A DNA stretch of 64,000 nucleotides from Patescibacteria group bacterium (GTDB taxonomy: Bacteria; Patescibacteriota; Microgenomatia; UBA10105; UBA927), in the NCBI GenBank assembly GCA_003545435.1, contig DPYI01000025.1:19701-83700 (forward strand), written 5' to 3'. Both the position numbers and the translations under genes were made by a program. Position 1 is the stretch's first letter, and every line of letters begins with the position of its first letter. Shown here in pieces: positions 37,304 to 46,284 of the stretch. The notes beneath the pieces were generated by a model. That model did not search any database, was not told the origin of the DNA, and saw only the letters and a program-made list of their open reading frames with translations.

Positions 37304-38970
37304 AGGTTCTTCCCCTTCTTTTGTATCATTATTCCCAAGATATATACAACTGCAATAACGCTCACGATGTCAGAAAACAGCCGGTACCACGGTTCACCGA
37401 AGCGGAACACGGCTTTATGGATGCCCGGCGGCACTGTTATCCGAAGACGCTGGTATTCGTCTTTACTATACAAAATCGGCACGGATGTACCGTCCAGCGA
37501 AGCACGCCATCCCGGAAAATAGGATACATTTGCTCTAAATTCTAAGGGCGTATTTGTATCGATAATAAATTCCTGAAAATTCGATTTCCATACCGTTCTT
37601 TTGGATGTACCTGATTCCGACGGAAACAGGTCTCCATCGGACTTTGGGTCCTCATGAATTCTTGGAGCCAGTCTTGGCATATGTTCGTCTTTTGAGGTAG
37701 TACTGAATCCATACGTCGGATGCCGGTCAAAAGGATTTGTAAAATCGGTATACATATTCACCCGTATATGATTCCGGTTAGCATATAAAAGCAGTGAAAC
37801 TCCAATTATGCAGCCAACGATTTTACATAATCGCGGAACTTCAATGAAAGAGACTATATATCCTGCTGATACTGAACACCCTAAAACAATAATTCCCAAA
37901 AATCTCCAGGGAATCTGTATCATCCGGAAAAGAGAAAAATTGTCCCATATAAATTTTGAAACGGGAAGCATAAAAAAAAGTGCGGAAAAAGTAATTCCAA
38001 TAAAAAATAGAATAAACCAGTCTTTCTTCAGAACAATTTTTTTCCGGATTAGGAGAGTGCTTATATATATGACGCTTACTGTAAAAAACCCGATATGAAG
38101 AAGTCCAATTTGCGGCGACATTTTTCCGGGCATGATTCCTTGTTTATAAGCACCGAATCCCCACGGCGAATAGAGAACTTCCCGAATCGTCGGAAAGAAA
38201 AAAGGATAATCTTCGCTCAGTTCTGCTAATTTAGTCAATCCGGTCTCTGATATAAGAGGAATCCAAAAAAATGAGGTAACGCACGCAATAAGGATGCATG
38301 CGAGAACAAATTTTTTTAGTATGTGTTTTCGGTAAGAAGAAAAACATAATTGAATGGAAAAATATAGGAGTATCACCGGTACTCCGATTAACGCTGTCCC
38401 GTTATGGGAAAGCATAAATAAACTTCCTATTACTATCAATAAACCGAATTTTTCTCCTTTGGTCCTAAATAATCTATCTGTGCAAAAAAGAAGCAATGGT
38501 AGAAGCGCCAGGGCAAGGCTCTCCGCAGGATTCCCCCGAACATACATATTGAGAAACCTATACGGTACAAATATATAAAACAGCGCTGATATGAACGATG
38601 CAATCATCGATACGTGGGACAGCATGAACACGTACATAGAGACACTCCCGATAAAAATCGACAGGATAAAAAGCAGTTTAAAGGATGCAACAAAGGAAAA
38701 GCCGCCCAGATGGAATATTTCTCCTAAAAAATACACAAAAGGGTAGTTAAAGTTAAAAAAGGGATATCCAAGACCATAATTAATCCTCTTTGCGATCCGA
38801 ACCGGTATTTGTCCATCCTTCCAGGCCTCATCATATTCGATCATTCTGATAACGTGTCCTTCGCCGTCATGAGACGTGTAAAAAGAAGAGTTAAAGAGTT
38901 TCCAGCACGCAAGGAGGGAAAATATGATAATGAGAAAAATAAACAAACCGTGTTTGGCTGGGTTACTCAT
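37300..38970 (-). CDS. Polytopic membrane protein, paralog family A
   Basis: 556 aa; TSHDGEGHVIRMIEYDEAW...RINYGLGYPFFNFNYPF is homologous to 30188.. and 39833.. Confidence 0.55.
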   Translation of the reverse strand: MSNPAKHGLFIFLIIIFSLLACWKLFNSSFYTSHDGEGHVIRMIEYDEAWKDGQIPVRIAKRINYGLGYPFFNFNYPFVYFLGEIFHLGGFSFVASFKLLFILSIFIGSVSMYVFMLSHVSMIASFISALFYIFVPYRFLNMYVRGNPAESLALALLPLLLFCTDRLFRTKGEKFGLLIVIGSLFMLSHNGTALIGVPVILLYFSIQLCFSSYRKHILKKFVLACILIACVTSFFWIPLISETGLTKLAELSEDYPFFFPTIREVLYSPWGFGAYKQGIMPGKMSPQIGLLHIGFFTVSVIYISTLLIRKKIVLKKDWFILFFIGITFSALFFMLPVSKFIWDNFSLFRMIQIPWRFLGIIVLGCSVSAGYIVSFIEVPRLCKIVGCIIGVSLLLYANRNHIRVNMYTDFTNPFDRHPTYGFSTTSKDEHMPRLAPRIHEDPKSDGDLFPSESGTSKRTVWKSNFQEFIIDTNTPLEFRANVSYFPGWRASLDGTSVPILYSKDEYQRLRITVPPGIHKAVFRFGEPWYRLFSDIVSVIAVVYILGIMIQKKGKNL

Positions 38971-39851
38971 GAACGAATTCTACAGAATTTCTTGGTTTTC
39001 CGATACGCAATCGGATAGTGCAGGGCCGAAAATAAAGAAAAGAGAAATCCGTATATCCCGTCCAATATACCCTTGTAACGGATGGCGAGAGCGAAAAATG
39101 TAACCATAGGTTTTACCACTAAATAGTCCAGAGCCACTACGAATGAATTTCTTGTGTCATGTATGATATTTTGCGAAAGGAGCGATGTGTAACGATCCGC
39201 ACCCTGCCAATACTTCTTCCAAGTCGGATGAGACATGTGAATGAGATCGTGTGAAAGCCATCCGACTGCCCCATCGATGGCGATCTGCTCATGGACGCTT
39301 TTACTTGGAAAATGCGCTGTACCGTTTTTGACTAACCGTATAACTCCGTCTGGATAGGTGCCCGCGTAGGTCATGGGGTGCCCTAAAAAATAATTACGAC
39401 GCGGTACAAAAAATGCCGCTGTATCTCTCTTGTTTGTACCAGTCTGTTCATCCCGATCAAAAACAAGCTGCTGATGTCTTTCAAATAATTTTTTCTTATT
39501 CGGATCTATAACACGCTCTCTAAGTTGTTGTTGGGACATATGAATAACTTTCAGAATTTCATCCTGTAGGTCCGGCGTAACTATTTCGTCTGCATCCAAT
39601 TGTAAAATCCAATCTCCCGTACAAGCGTCCAATGCTTTCTGTTTATTGATATGAAATATTGGCGGATTATCGGTTTGGATGATTTTTGCATCAAAATCTC
39701 TTGCTATCTCAATAGTCCTATCGGTTGACCCTCCGTCTACGACAACGATTTCATCAGCAATATCAGCAATAGATGAAAGGCAGGATTTTATATTGCTTTC
39801 TTCGTTTTTTACCGCCATTGCAACCGATAAAACTATTTTCTTTTTCTGCAT
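38967..39851 (-). CDS. GT2-family glycosyltransferase (soluble)
   Basis: Start at MQKKKIVLSVAMAVKNEESNIKSCLSS...VVVDGGSTDRT (ATG 39851). Confidence 0.75.
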   Translation of the reverse strand: MQKKKIVLSVAMAVKNEESNIKSCLSSIADIADEIVVVDGGSTDRTIEIARDFDAKIIQTDNPPIFHINKQKALDACTGDWILQLDADEIVTPDLQDEILKVIHMSQQQLRERVIDPNKKKLFERHQQLVFDRDEQTGTNKRDTAAFFVPRRNYFLGHPMTYAGTYPDGVIRLVKNGTAHFPSKSVHEQIAIDGAVGWLSHDLIHMSHPTWKKYWQGADRYTSLLSQNIIHDTRNSFVVALDYLVVKPMVTFFALAIRYKGILDGIYGFLFSLFSALHYPIAYRKTKKFCRIRS

Positions 39852-41521
39852 ACAATAAAAACGCATCCGGATAATACAATAAGCAGAACCGATGCTAAGC
39901 TTATCATAGTAGCCACACGACGACGTTTCGTATCAGTAAATTTAACAACCACATAGTGATCGCCTTCATCTATCCAGAATGTCATGAGTCCTCGATACGT
40001 TGAATCCTGAAATTGAAGTCCTGCAGAAATTCCGTCAACATAAATTTTCCAACCGGGGAAATACAGTGTATTTTCAACCAGACGTGTTTGCTTCGTTGCT
40101 CGCACTCGATATTCATGTATAGTTGATAAACGTCTCTCTGCCTCGATTTTCGCGTCTCCGTCAATAACCTCCATCGGATTGGCAGGAGTATGTTCCATAA
40201 ATCGTACGGACCAAATCGGGCTGCTTTCTCCTGTATCTGTAGTCCCTGCATAAATACCGGCATATGATGTATCCCCGTCTGCTGCGTACCCTTTCGGATG
40301 CCACATATATATAGTTGAAGCTATTATCAACAAACTGCACACGATAATGTATGAGCTGCAATAACGCGAAAGAAAGCGAGCCAATACCGACGGTAATTCG
40401 ACTATTCCTATTCCGCCAATAACTGCAGCAATAAATGTGGTTAAGCTTAAAAATCTCCAGGGAAACTGAAAATTCTGAAGAATTTTAATCCTTGTCCAAA
40501 TAAATTCGGACGCGGAGGTCATTATAAATAAAGAAAAAATGAATATCATGAGGGAAGCAGCCAGTAGAATCCGTACCCTCATGTTTTTCGATTTCAATAT
40601 AATAATAATTGATGTTATTAATCCTATCCATTGAAAATATCCAATGGATTTTGTAAGAGTCGCAGTTCCTCCGTAATTCCAAGGCGAATAAAAAAACCAT
40701 GAAAATGGTACAAAACGGGTCATCGCTTCTCCTGCGGTTACAATATTTCTCAGCGTGTATTTACCTTCAAAAAATGCAGGGATCCAAAAAAATGCGGAAA
40801 GACCAAAGCCGAGGAGTATAAAGTATAAAGTATTAAGCATAAAGTATAAAGATAGTTTTGATTCATAAACGTAAAGATAAAGAACATATAATCCAATAAC
40901 GGGTAAAAACATGAGCGATATAGCATTGTGAGATAAAATAAATAATGCAAATGACACAGTTAATCCAATTCCATGCTTGACACTTGATACGTGATACCTG
41001 ATACTCTTTTCCCGTATTGCAAGTTTGTAAAGGAAATAACAAATCAGGGGCGGAAAAACAAAAGCCGCGTGTTCACCTATGGCACCCCTTACATAAAGGT
41101 CAACAAACCGATACGGAGCAAATCCATAAAGAAGCGCACCAACAAATCCTACCTTCGTTCCCCACACCTCTTTCATCCATACATACATGGTTAGCAGGCT
41201 TGCTATATAGCTGATAACAAAAACGGCCTTAGTCGCATCCACAAATGAAAATCCGATAAAATGAAGCACGGATGCCGTATACGAAGAAAATGGATAGAGA
41301 AACATTAAGATGGGATGACCATAGCCCCAATTTAAATTTCCCGCCCAACGGGGAATCAGAATCCCCTCCTGTAATGAAGCATAAAAATTAGCAATTCGAA
41401 CCACATGATCCCTGCCATCATGCGTTATCGGAAGTCCGGGATGGAAAAAACTTATAAGAGGCAATAAGGATATGCCCAAAATAATAAGAGGAATAAGTGA
41501 TAGTAAGGTACATTTTTTCAT
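39833..41521 (-). CDS. Polytopic membrane protein, paralog family A
   Basis: Start trimmed to MKKCTLLSLIPLIILG (ATG 41521); ITHDGRDHVVRIANFY...IPRWAGNLNWGYGHPILMFLYPF; contains a degenerate heptamer tract at 40816..40850. Confidence 0.55.
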   Translation of the reverse strand: MKKCTLLSLIPLIILGISLLPLISFFHPGLPITHDGRDHVVRIANFYASLQEGILIPRWAGNLNWGYGHPILMFLYPFSSYTASVLHFIGFSFVDATKAVFVISYIASLLTMYVWMKEVWGTKVGFVGALLYGFAPYRFVDLYVRGAIGEHAAFVFPPLICYFLYKLAIREKSIRYHVSSVKHGIGLTVSFALFILSHNAISLMFLPVIGLYVLYLYVYESKLSLYFMLNTLYFILLGFGLSAFFWIPAFFEGKYTLRNIVTAGEAMTRFVPFSWFFYSPWNYGGTATLTKSIGYFQWIGLITSIIIILKSKNMRVRILLAASLMIFIFSLFIMTSASEFIWTRIKILQNFQFPWRFLSLTTFIAAVIGGIGIVELPSVLARFLSRYCSSYIIVCSLLIIASTIYMWHPKGYAADGDTSYAGIYAGTTDTGESSPIWSVRFMEHTPANPMEVIDGDAKIEAERRLSTIHEYRVRATKQTRLVENTLYFPGWKIYVDGISAGLQFQDSTYRGLMTFWIDEGDHYVVVKFTDTKRRRVATMISLASVLLIVLSGCVFIVCRKRK

Positions 41522-41525
41522 ACTT

Positions 41526-43019
41526 CTATTGTGCCATACGTTTCTCAATAAGAAAACCTGATGGCAGCTCTTTTGTAGAAACAACAGCTCCGTCCTTCAC
41601 AACCGTTTCCAACCACCCTTTATATGACCACGGTTTTCCTGCATCCGGCTCCATGAGAAGATAAAACACGCCGCGTTTCTCGTTATGGGGAACATAATGG
41701 TACTTCTTTGTTCCGATCCACCAAAAAAGATAATCATACGGATACGTATAGACAGGGGGAGTAAACACTAATACTCCGAATGGCGTGCCTTTTGCGTCTT
41801 GAAATATCGCTTCTATTGCCTCCGTTCTTCCTTTAATTTTTTGAGTCCCGCCGAAATCGTCATAGTCATGTTTCCACATCTGGCGCGTATACGGAATTAC
41901 AGACTGAATTAATTTTACAAAAAACAGGAGAATTATTATTTTACCAAAAATATTCTTTCTAAAAAGATAAGAACACAATAGTCCCACAAGCACTATGTAC
42001 AGAATGGGTAATTCCAGCAGCCACCACTCCCATAGAACTGCTTTATAAAAAAGAAATATAACGAAAATGATGCATGGAATACTAAATAAACTTATGAGAA
42101 ATAGTTTATATTCCTTCTTTATTTTTCTATCGCATATGATTATTCCCAATAAAACGACACATGCCGGGATGAACAGTGTTCTATATGGAAAAAAAGGGAA
42201 AGTACCGAATAAATTTGAGGAAAAAACCGCCACATGATCATAAAAAAGTTTTGACAAAGAAGGAGGGTGGGGTTGGGTTGGTGCTGTTACTGCCATTCGC
42301 CATATGCCTTTTAGATTTAAAAATTGGTGCCGAAGATCAAAAATCAATATCGGAATTAACGGAATGAATCCCCCGATCATGCTATCCTTAAGAACATCCG
42401 GACGGATTTTTGTTGTACCGAATACTATAATGCACGTTGCAATCCCCAATGTTGCTGCCGTCGCAATTTCAAAATGCGTCATGAGTCCTAAAAGAAAAAA
42501 AATGAAAAACCACGAACGATGACCGCCCTGAAACATCCGGTAGAGTGCCTCTACATAAAAAACCGTAATAAGCGGGATGACAAAGGGGGGCCATGCAAAT
42601 CGCGATTGAATGGCTATAGACGGAGATATGGCTATCAAAAAACTGATACAAAATCCTGCAACTCTTCCAAACCTGAGGGAAAAAATGTAATACGCAAGAA
42701 TGACAGTGCTTAATCCTATGCAGAACATGAGAAAAAGCTGACCATAAGGATTACCCTGAAAAAACAAAAATGGGATTGCCAAAAGATAATACCATCCGGC
42801 TCCCTGAAAAAATCCTCCCCCGCCGCCGACTTCGTCTCCGATAAGAGGCAGCGCATGATCAATGACAATTGACTTTGCAGCAAGCCAATGTTTCCCCTGA
42901 TCAAAACCAAAAAGGAAGTTCTTATTCAGAACTTCGATGGAACGTGGGGCGCTGGCAATACAAAGCAGGAAAAAACAGATAAAAAGTGAAATAGCAGTCT
43001 CCCTTTTAATCAATTTCAT
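41526..43019 (-). CDS. Polytopic membrane protein, paralog family B (tandem duplicate of 43071..44579)
   Basis: 497 aa; GFDQGKHWLAAKSIVIDHALPLIGDEVGGGGGFFQGAGWYYLLAIPFLFFQGNPYG is near-identical to the neighbouring paralog; AAAGGA RBS-like sequence upstream. Confidence 0.6.
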   Translation of the reverse strand: MKLIKRETAISLFICFFLLCIASAPRSIEVLNKNFLFGFDQGKHWLAAKSIVIDHALPLIGDEVGGGGGFFQGAGWYYLLAIPFLFFQGNPYGQLFLMFCIGLSTVILAYYIFSLRFGRVAGFCISFLIAISPSIAIQSRFAWPPFVIPLITVFYVEALYRMFQGGHRSWFFIFFLLGLMTHFEIATAATLGIATCIIVFGTTKIRPDVLKDSMIGGFIPLIPILIFDLRHQFLNLKGIWRMAVTAPTQPHPPSLSKLFYDHVAVFSSNLFGTFPFFPYRTLFIPACVVLLGIIICDRKIKKEYKLFLISLFSIPCIIFVIFLFYKAVLWEWWLLELPILYIVLVGLLCSYLFRKNIFGKIIILLFFVKLIQSVIPYTRQMWKHDYDDFGGTQKIKGRTEAIEAIFQDAKGTPFGVLVFTPPVYTYPYDYLFWWIGTKKYHYVPHNEKRGVFYLLMEPDAGKPWSYKGWLETVVKDGAVVSTKELPSGFLIEKRMAQ

Positions 43020-43025
43020 AGAATC

Positions 43026-43061
43026 CTTTACTGTAATTCAATCGATTGAATTACAGTAAAG
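43026..43061. promoter_or_regulatory. Perfect 36-bp palindrome between tandem family-B paralogs (candidate operator/terminator/recombination site)
   Basis: CTTTACTGTAATTCAATCGATTGAATTACAGTAAAG is fully self-complementary; it lies 6 nt after the stop of 43071..44579 and 6 nt before the RBS of 41526..43019. Confidence 0.6.
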
Positions 43062-43070
43062 TAAGTCGAA

Positions 43071-44579
43071 TTAATTACTGCTCTTTATGGTTCGTTTTTC
43101 AATAATAAATCCTGACGGAAGTTGCCATGTTTTTTCGATGGTACCGTCTTTAATAACCGTCTCTATCCAACCCTTATGCCTCCATGGCTCTCCTGTATCC
43201 GGTTCAATCAAAAGATAAAATATACCCTTTTTTTCACTCGGGGGTATGTATCCGTATTGGCTTTGTCCGTACCACCATATGAGATAGTCGTAGGCATATG
43301 TATAGATGGGAGGCGTAAAAACAAGAAGGCCGAATTTTTCTCCCTGAGCATCTTTAAAAATAACGTCCAGCGCATCTTTTTTCCCCTTAATCTTATGAAC
43401 ACCGCCATAATCCGACAATTCATTTTGAAATGACTGATGTGTTTTTTGTCCGTATGACAGAATCATGAGTCCTAAGATGCTTACAACAATACATTTCATG
43501 ATCAGCCCCTGTTTCCATGCATAAGAGGTGATAATGCCCCCTAATACGGTATATATCACTGTAAGTTCCGATATCCACCATGGCCATAAATCGTCTTTAT
43601 AAAATATAAATACAAAAAAAAGAACTGCCGGCAACAGACATAAAAATCCGATAAAACGTTTCTTAACGAGAGGAATTTTTCTGTCCATAATCATCGCAAT
43701 TGATCCAGCTGCCATAAAACCTACAAGGTAAATTTTCGGAATATAGGTAACCTGAAAAGCCCGGTAAAACTCATCGGAAAATATCATCCTGTGATTAGAT
43801 AGTATCTTCAGATACTCAATGGTTGAACCAACATATCGTTTTGATCCGGTAAGGGTTTCCAATACTCCTCTGCTGTTTAGAAAATCATGCCGAATATCAA
43901 ATATGATCAGCGGAAAAAGAGGTATCAAAAAGCATACTAAACCAAAAAGCAAATATCTTATTGGAATTTTTTCCTTCATGAGAAATGTTCCGAAAATGAT
44001 GACTGTCGAGATAAAAAGTGAACCCGCTGTGGCTATTTCAAAATGCGCCATAAGACCTATGGTAAAAAATACCCCTAAAATATACCGGTATTTTTTTTCA
44101 CAAACCAAGTAAACATTCCGCAACAAGACAACGGTAAGAAAAGGTATAACAAACGGAGGCCATGCAAATCGTGAATTAGAAATAAGAATAGGAGCAAGTG
44201 AAAGCATAAACGCAACCGCCAACACTTCTTTTTTGCTTAATAATGTATAAAAAAGCGACAGAAACAGAATAATTATTCCGACTCCGATACCAAACATTAA
44301 AACGACTGCTCCATATGGATCGCCTTGAAAAAAGAAAAACGGAATTGCCAAAAGATAATACCATCCGGGCCCCTGAAAAAAACCTCCCCGCCCGCCCACT
44401 TCATCTCCTATAAGCGGAAATTTGTGGTCAATGACAATTGATTTTGCCGCAAGCCAATGTTTTCCCTGATCAAACCCGAAAACATAATTCCCGCTGATAA
44501 GTTCAATCAACCGCGGCATTGCGGCAAGTATAATAATCCCCACACTGACGAGAATAACGACGAGTGCTTTTTTGTTCAT
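43071..44579 (-). CDS. Polytopic membrane protein, paralog family B
   Basis: 502 aa; GFDQGKHWLAAKSIVIDHKFPLIGDEVGGRGGFFQGPGWYYLLAIPFFFFQGDPYG; C-terminal GIFYLLIEPDTGEPWRHKGWIETVIKDG. Confidence 0.6.
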   Translation of the reverse strand: MNKKALVVILVSVGIIILAAMPRLIELISGNYVFGFDQGKHWLAAKSIVIDHKFPLIGDEVGGRGGFFQGPGWYYLLAIPFFFFQGDPYGAVVLMFGIGVGIIILFLSLFYTLLSKKEVLAVAFMLSLAPILISNSRFAWPPFVIPFLTVVLLRNVYLVCEKKYRYILGVFFTIGLMAHFEIATAGSLFISTVIIFGTFLMKEKIPIRYLLFGLVCFLIPLFPLIIFDIRHDFLNSRGVLETLTGSKRYVGSTIEYLKILSNHRMIFSDEFYRAFQVTYIPKIYLVGFMAAGSIAMIMDRKIPLVKKRFIGFLCLLPAVLFFVFIFYKDDLWPWWISELTVIYTVLGGIITSYAWKQGLIMKCIVVSILGLMILSYGQKTHQSFQNELSDYGGVHKIKGKKDALDVIFKDAQGEKFGLLVFTPPIYTYAYDYLIWWYGQSQYGYIPPSEKKGIFYLLIEPDTGEPWRHKGWIETVIKDGTIEKTWQLPSGFIIEKRTIKSSN

Positions 44580-44583
44580 CTTA

Positions 44584-46284
44584 TCAGTCCTTTCTATCTT
44601 TTATTTCAATCGCTGACATGCCGTTTAAGAATGTAATATGTGCGTTATTTCCATGCGGGATTTCGCTTGTGGAACCGACATAGAGAATACTCCCGTCAAA
44701 TTCCTCGGTTTGCCAATGAAGCGGCCGGAATTCATACTTATCAAATGCATTCCCCCGCTCTGCAAAACTTCCTGATTTTGTTCCGCCTCCTTCTAAATAT
44801 TTCACTGGATCGAACTGGGTATAAAACAGATAGAACATGTATGATTGTTCAAGTCCTGTTGATACGACGACCTTTTTATATTTGTTTTTTACCAACTCCG
44901 TATATGCTACTGCTTCTTTATATCCGTATTGCCAGTGCTGAGAATACTCCCTGTTCATAATAAGGAAATATTGAACACAATAGTATGTAATATTAAACAG
45001 TGCAAAACAAAAAATAACAGTCAGAAAACAATAAAAGACTATCTGCTTCATCTTTGATTTTTGATCCGTCGGCTGACGGATGATTTTTGATCTTACGAAT
45101 ACGATTCCAACCGCGGTAACTATTTGAAATATCGGAAGAAATACTAATGTTCGAATTGCATGCGGGAGTCCAGACGTCGGAGCAGCAGCAATTGGAGAGA
45201 TAAGAAACCAACCAAATAAAAATTGACAGACTTTTCCTTTGTTTCTTGCAAGGATATATAACCCGATAAGGAAAAACGGTAATTCCCAAATGTACAAAAG
45301 ACCCATATCAGGAGCATGATGACGGGGATTGTCTCCTGTTAAAAAAAGCCATTTCAGTGAAAAATGAGACAAATATCCTGACGCAATGGTTTTTGCATAT
45401 ACAAGACGTCTGTTGTCCAATAGTTCTCCCATGATGTCATGATTTTTTTTATCCTCTTCTATCTTGGGAATTGTTCTTCCCAAAAGTCCGATTTGATCGG
45501 AGAATGAACTTGTCCCTTTGAGCCGAAGCACTGCAGTTTTATCGAAAAGAACCGGAATAATCGGCAATACGGTCAAAAATCCGACGATGACGGCCCCTAA
45601 TACGAATCGCCTCTTGTCTTTTGACAACAATTCCTTTCTCCATGTGACGACAAGAAGAATCACAAGAAGAGGAAGAAAAATCCTCTCGCTGTGATATGCA
45701 TATAAACCAAGGCCAAACAGAAATGCCGATAAAAAAAGAAATCCCCTTTTCCGTAATCCCGCAAGGAAACACGTTACTGCCCAAATATTTATCGTAATTC
45801 CGGAATTTGCCTCAAAAGCTATTCGGGAAAACTGGATGTGCCAGGGAGAGATAGCGAGAAAAAAACTAGAGAGTAGAGCAATGAGGGCAACCGAATCTTT
45901 ATAATCTTTATAATTGTTATAATTTTTATTTAATTGAACAGGAAGTACCAAGACTAAAAAATAGACTCCAACAACAGCCAATATCCCCATAACAGCAGAG
46001 GGTAGGCGTGTTGACCACACGCTTAATCCAAATAGAGCTACGGACGGAACTGTCAAGTACGTGTATAGCGGAGGCTTATAATCATCAAATGAACGGATCG
46101 AAAGAGGAAGAAATGTTCCATATTCATCCTTTCCTGTTTTTGAAATCGAATATGCATTATATCCTAAAGCCGTTTCATCCCAATCCGGACTGGGAGGCAC
46201 GTCACCCAATTGATACAATCGGAAAAAACCGGCTATCAGAACAATCAGGCTTACAAGAATCGCTTGTTTTATTTTCTCATTCAT
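44584..46284 (-). CDS. ArnT/PMT-like GT-C glycosyltransferase (GT39-like), paralog family C
   Basis: 566 aa; TM1 then PPSPDWDETALGYNAYSISKTGKDEYG (DE motif); more than 10 TM segments; C-terminal soluble domain ending LNGMSAIEIKDRKD. Confidence 0.65.
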   Translation of the reverse strand: MNEKIKQAILVSLIVLIAGFFRLYQLGDVPPSPDWDETALGYNAYSISKTGKDEYGTFLPLSIRSFDDYKPPLYTYLTVPSVALFGLSVWSTRLPSAVMGILAVVGVYFLVLVLPVQLNKNYNNYKDYKDSVALIALLSSFFLAISPWHIQFSRIAFEANSGITINIWAVTCFLAGLRKRGFLFLSAFLFGLGLYAYHSERIFLPLLVILLVVTWRKELLSKDKRRFVLGAVIVGFLTVLPIIPVLFDKTAVLRLKGTSSFSDQIGLLGRTIPKIEEDKKNHDIMGELLDNRRLVYAKTIASGYLSHFSLKWLFLTGDNPRHHAPDMGLLYIWELPFFLIGLYILARNKGKVCQFLFGWFLISPIAAAPTSGLPHAIRTLVFLPIFQIVTAVGIVFVRSKIIRQPTDQKSKMKQIVFYCFLTVIFCFALFNITYYCVQYFLIMNREYSQHWQYGYKEAVAYTELVKNKYKKVVVSTGLEQSYMFYLFYTQFDPVKYLEGGGTKSGSFAERGNAFDKYEFRPLHWQTEEFDGSILYVGSTSEIPHGNNAHITFLNGMSAIEIKDRKD

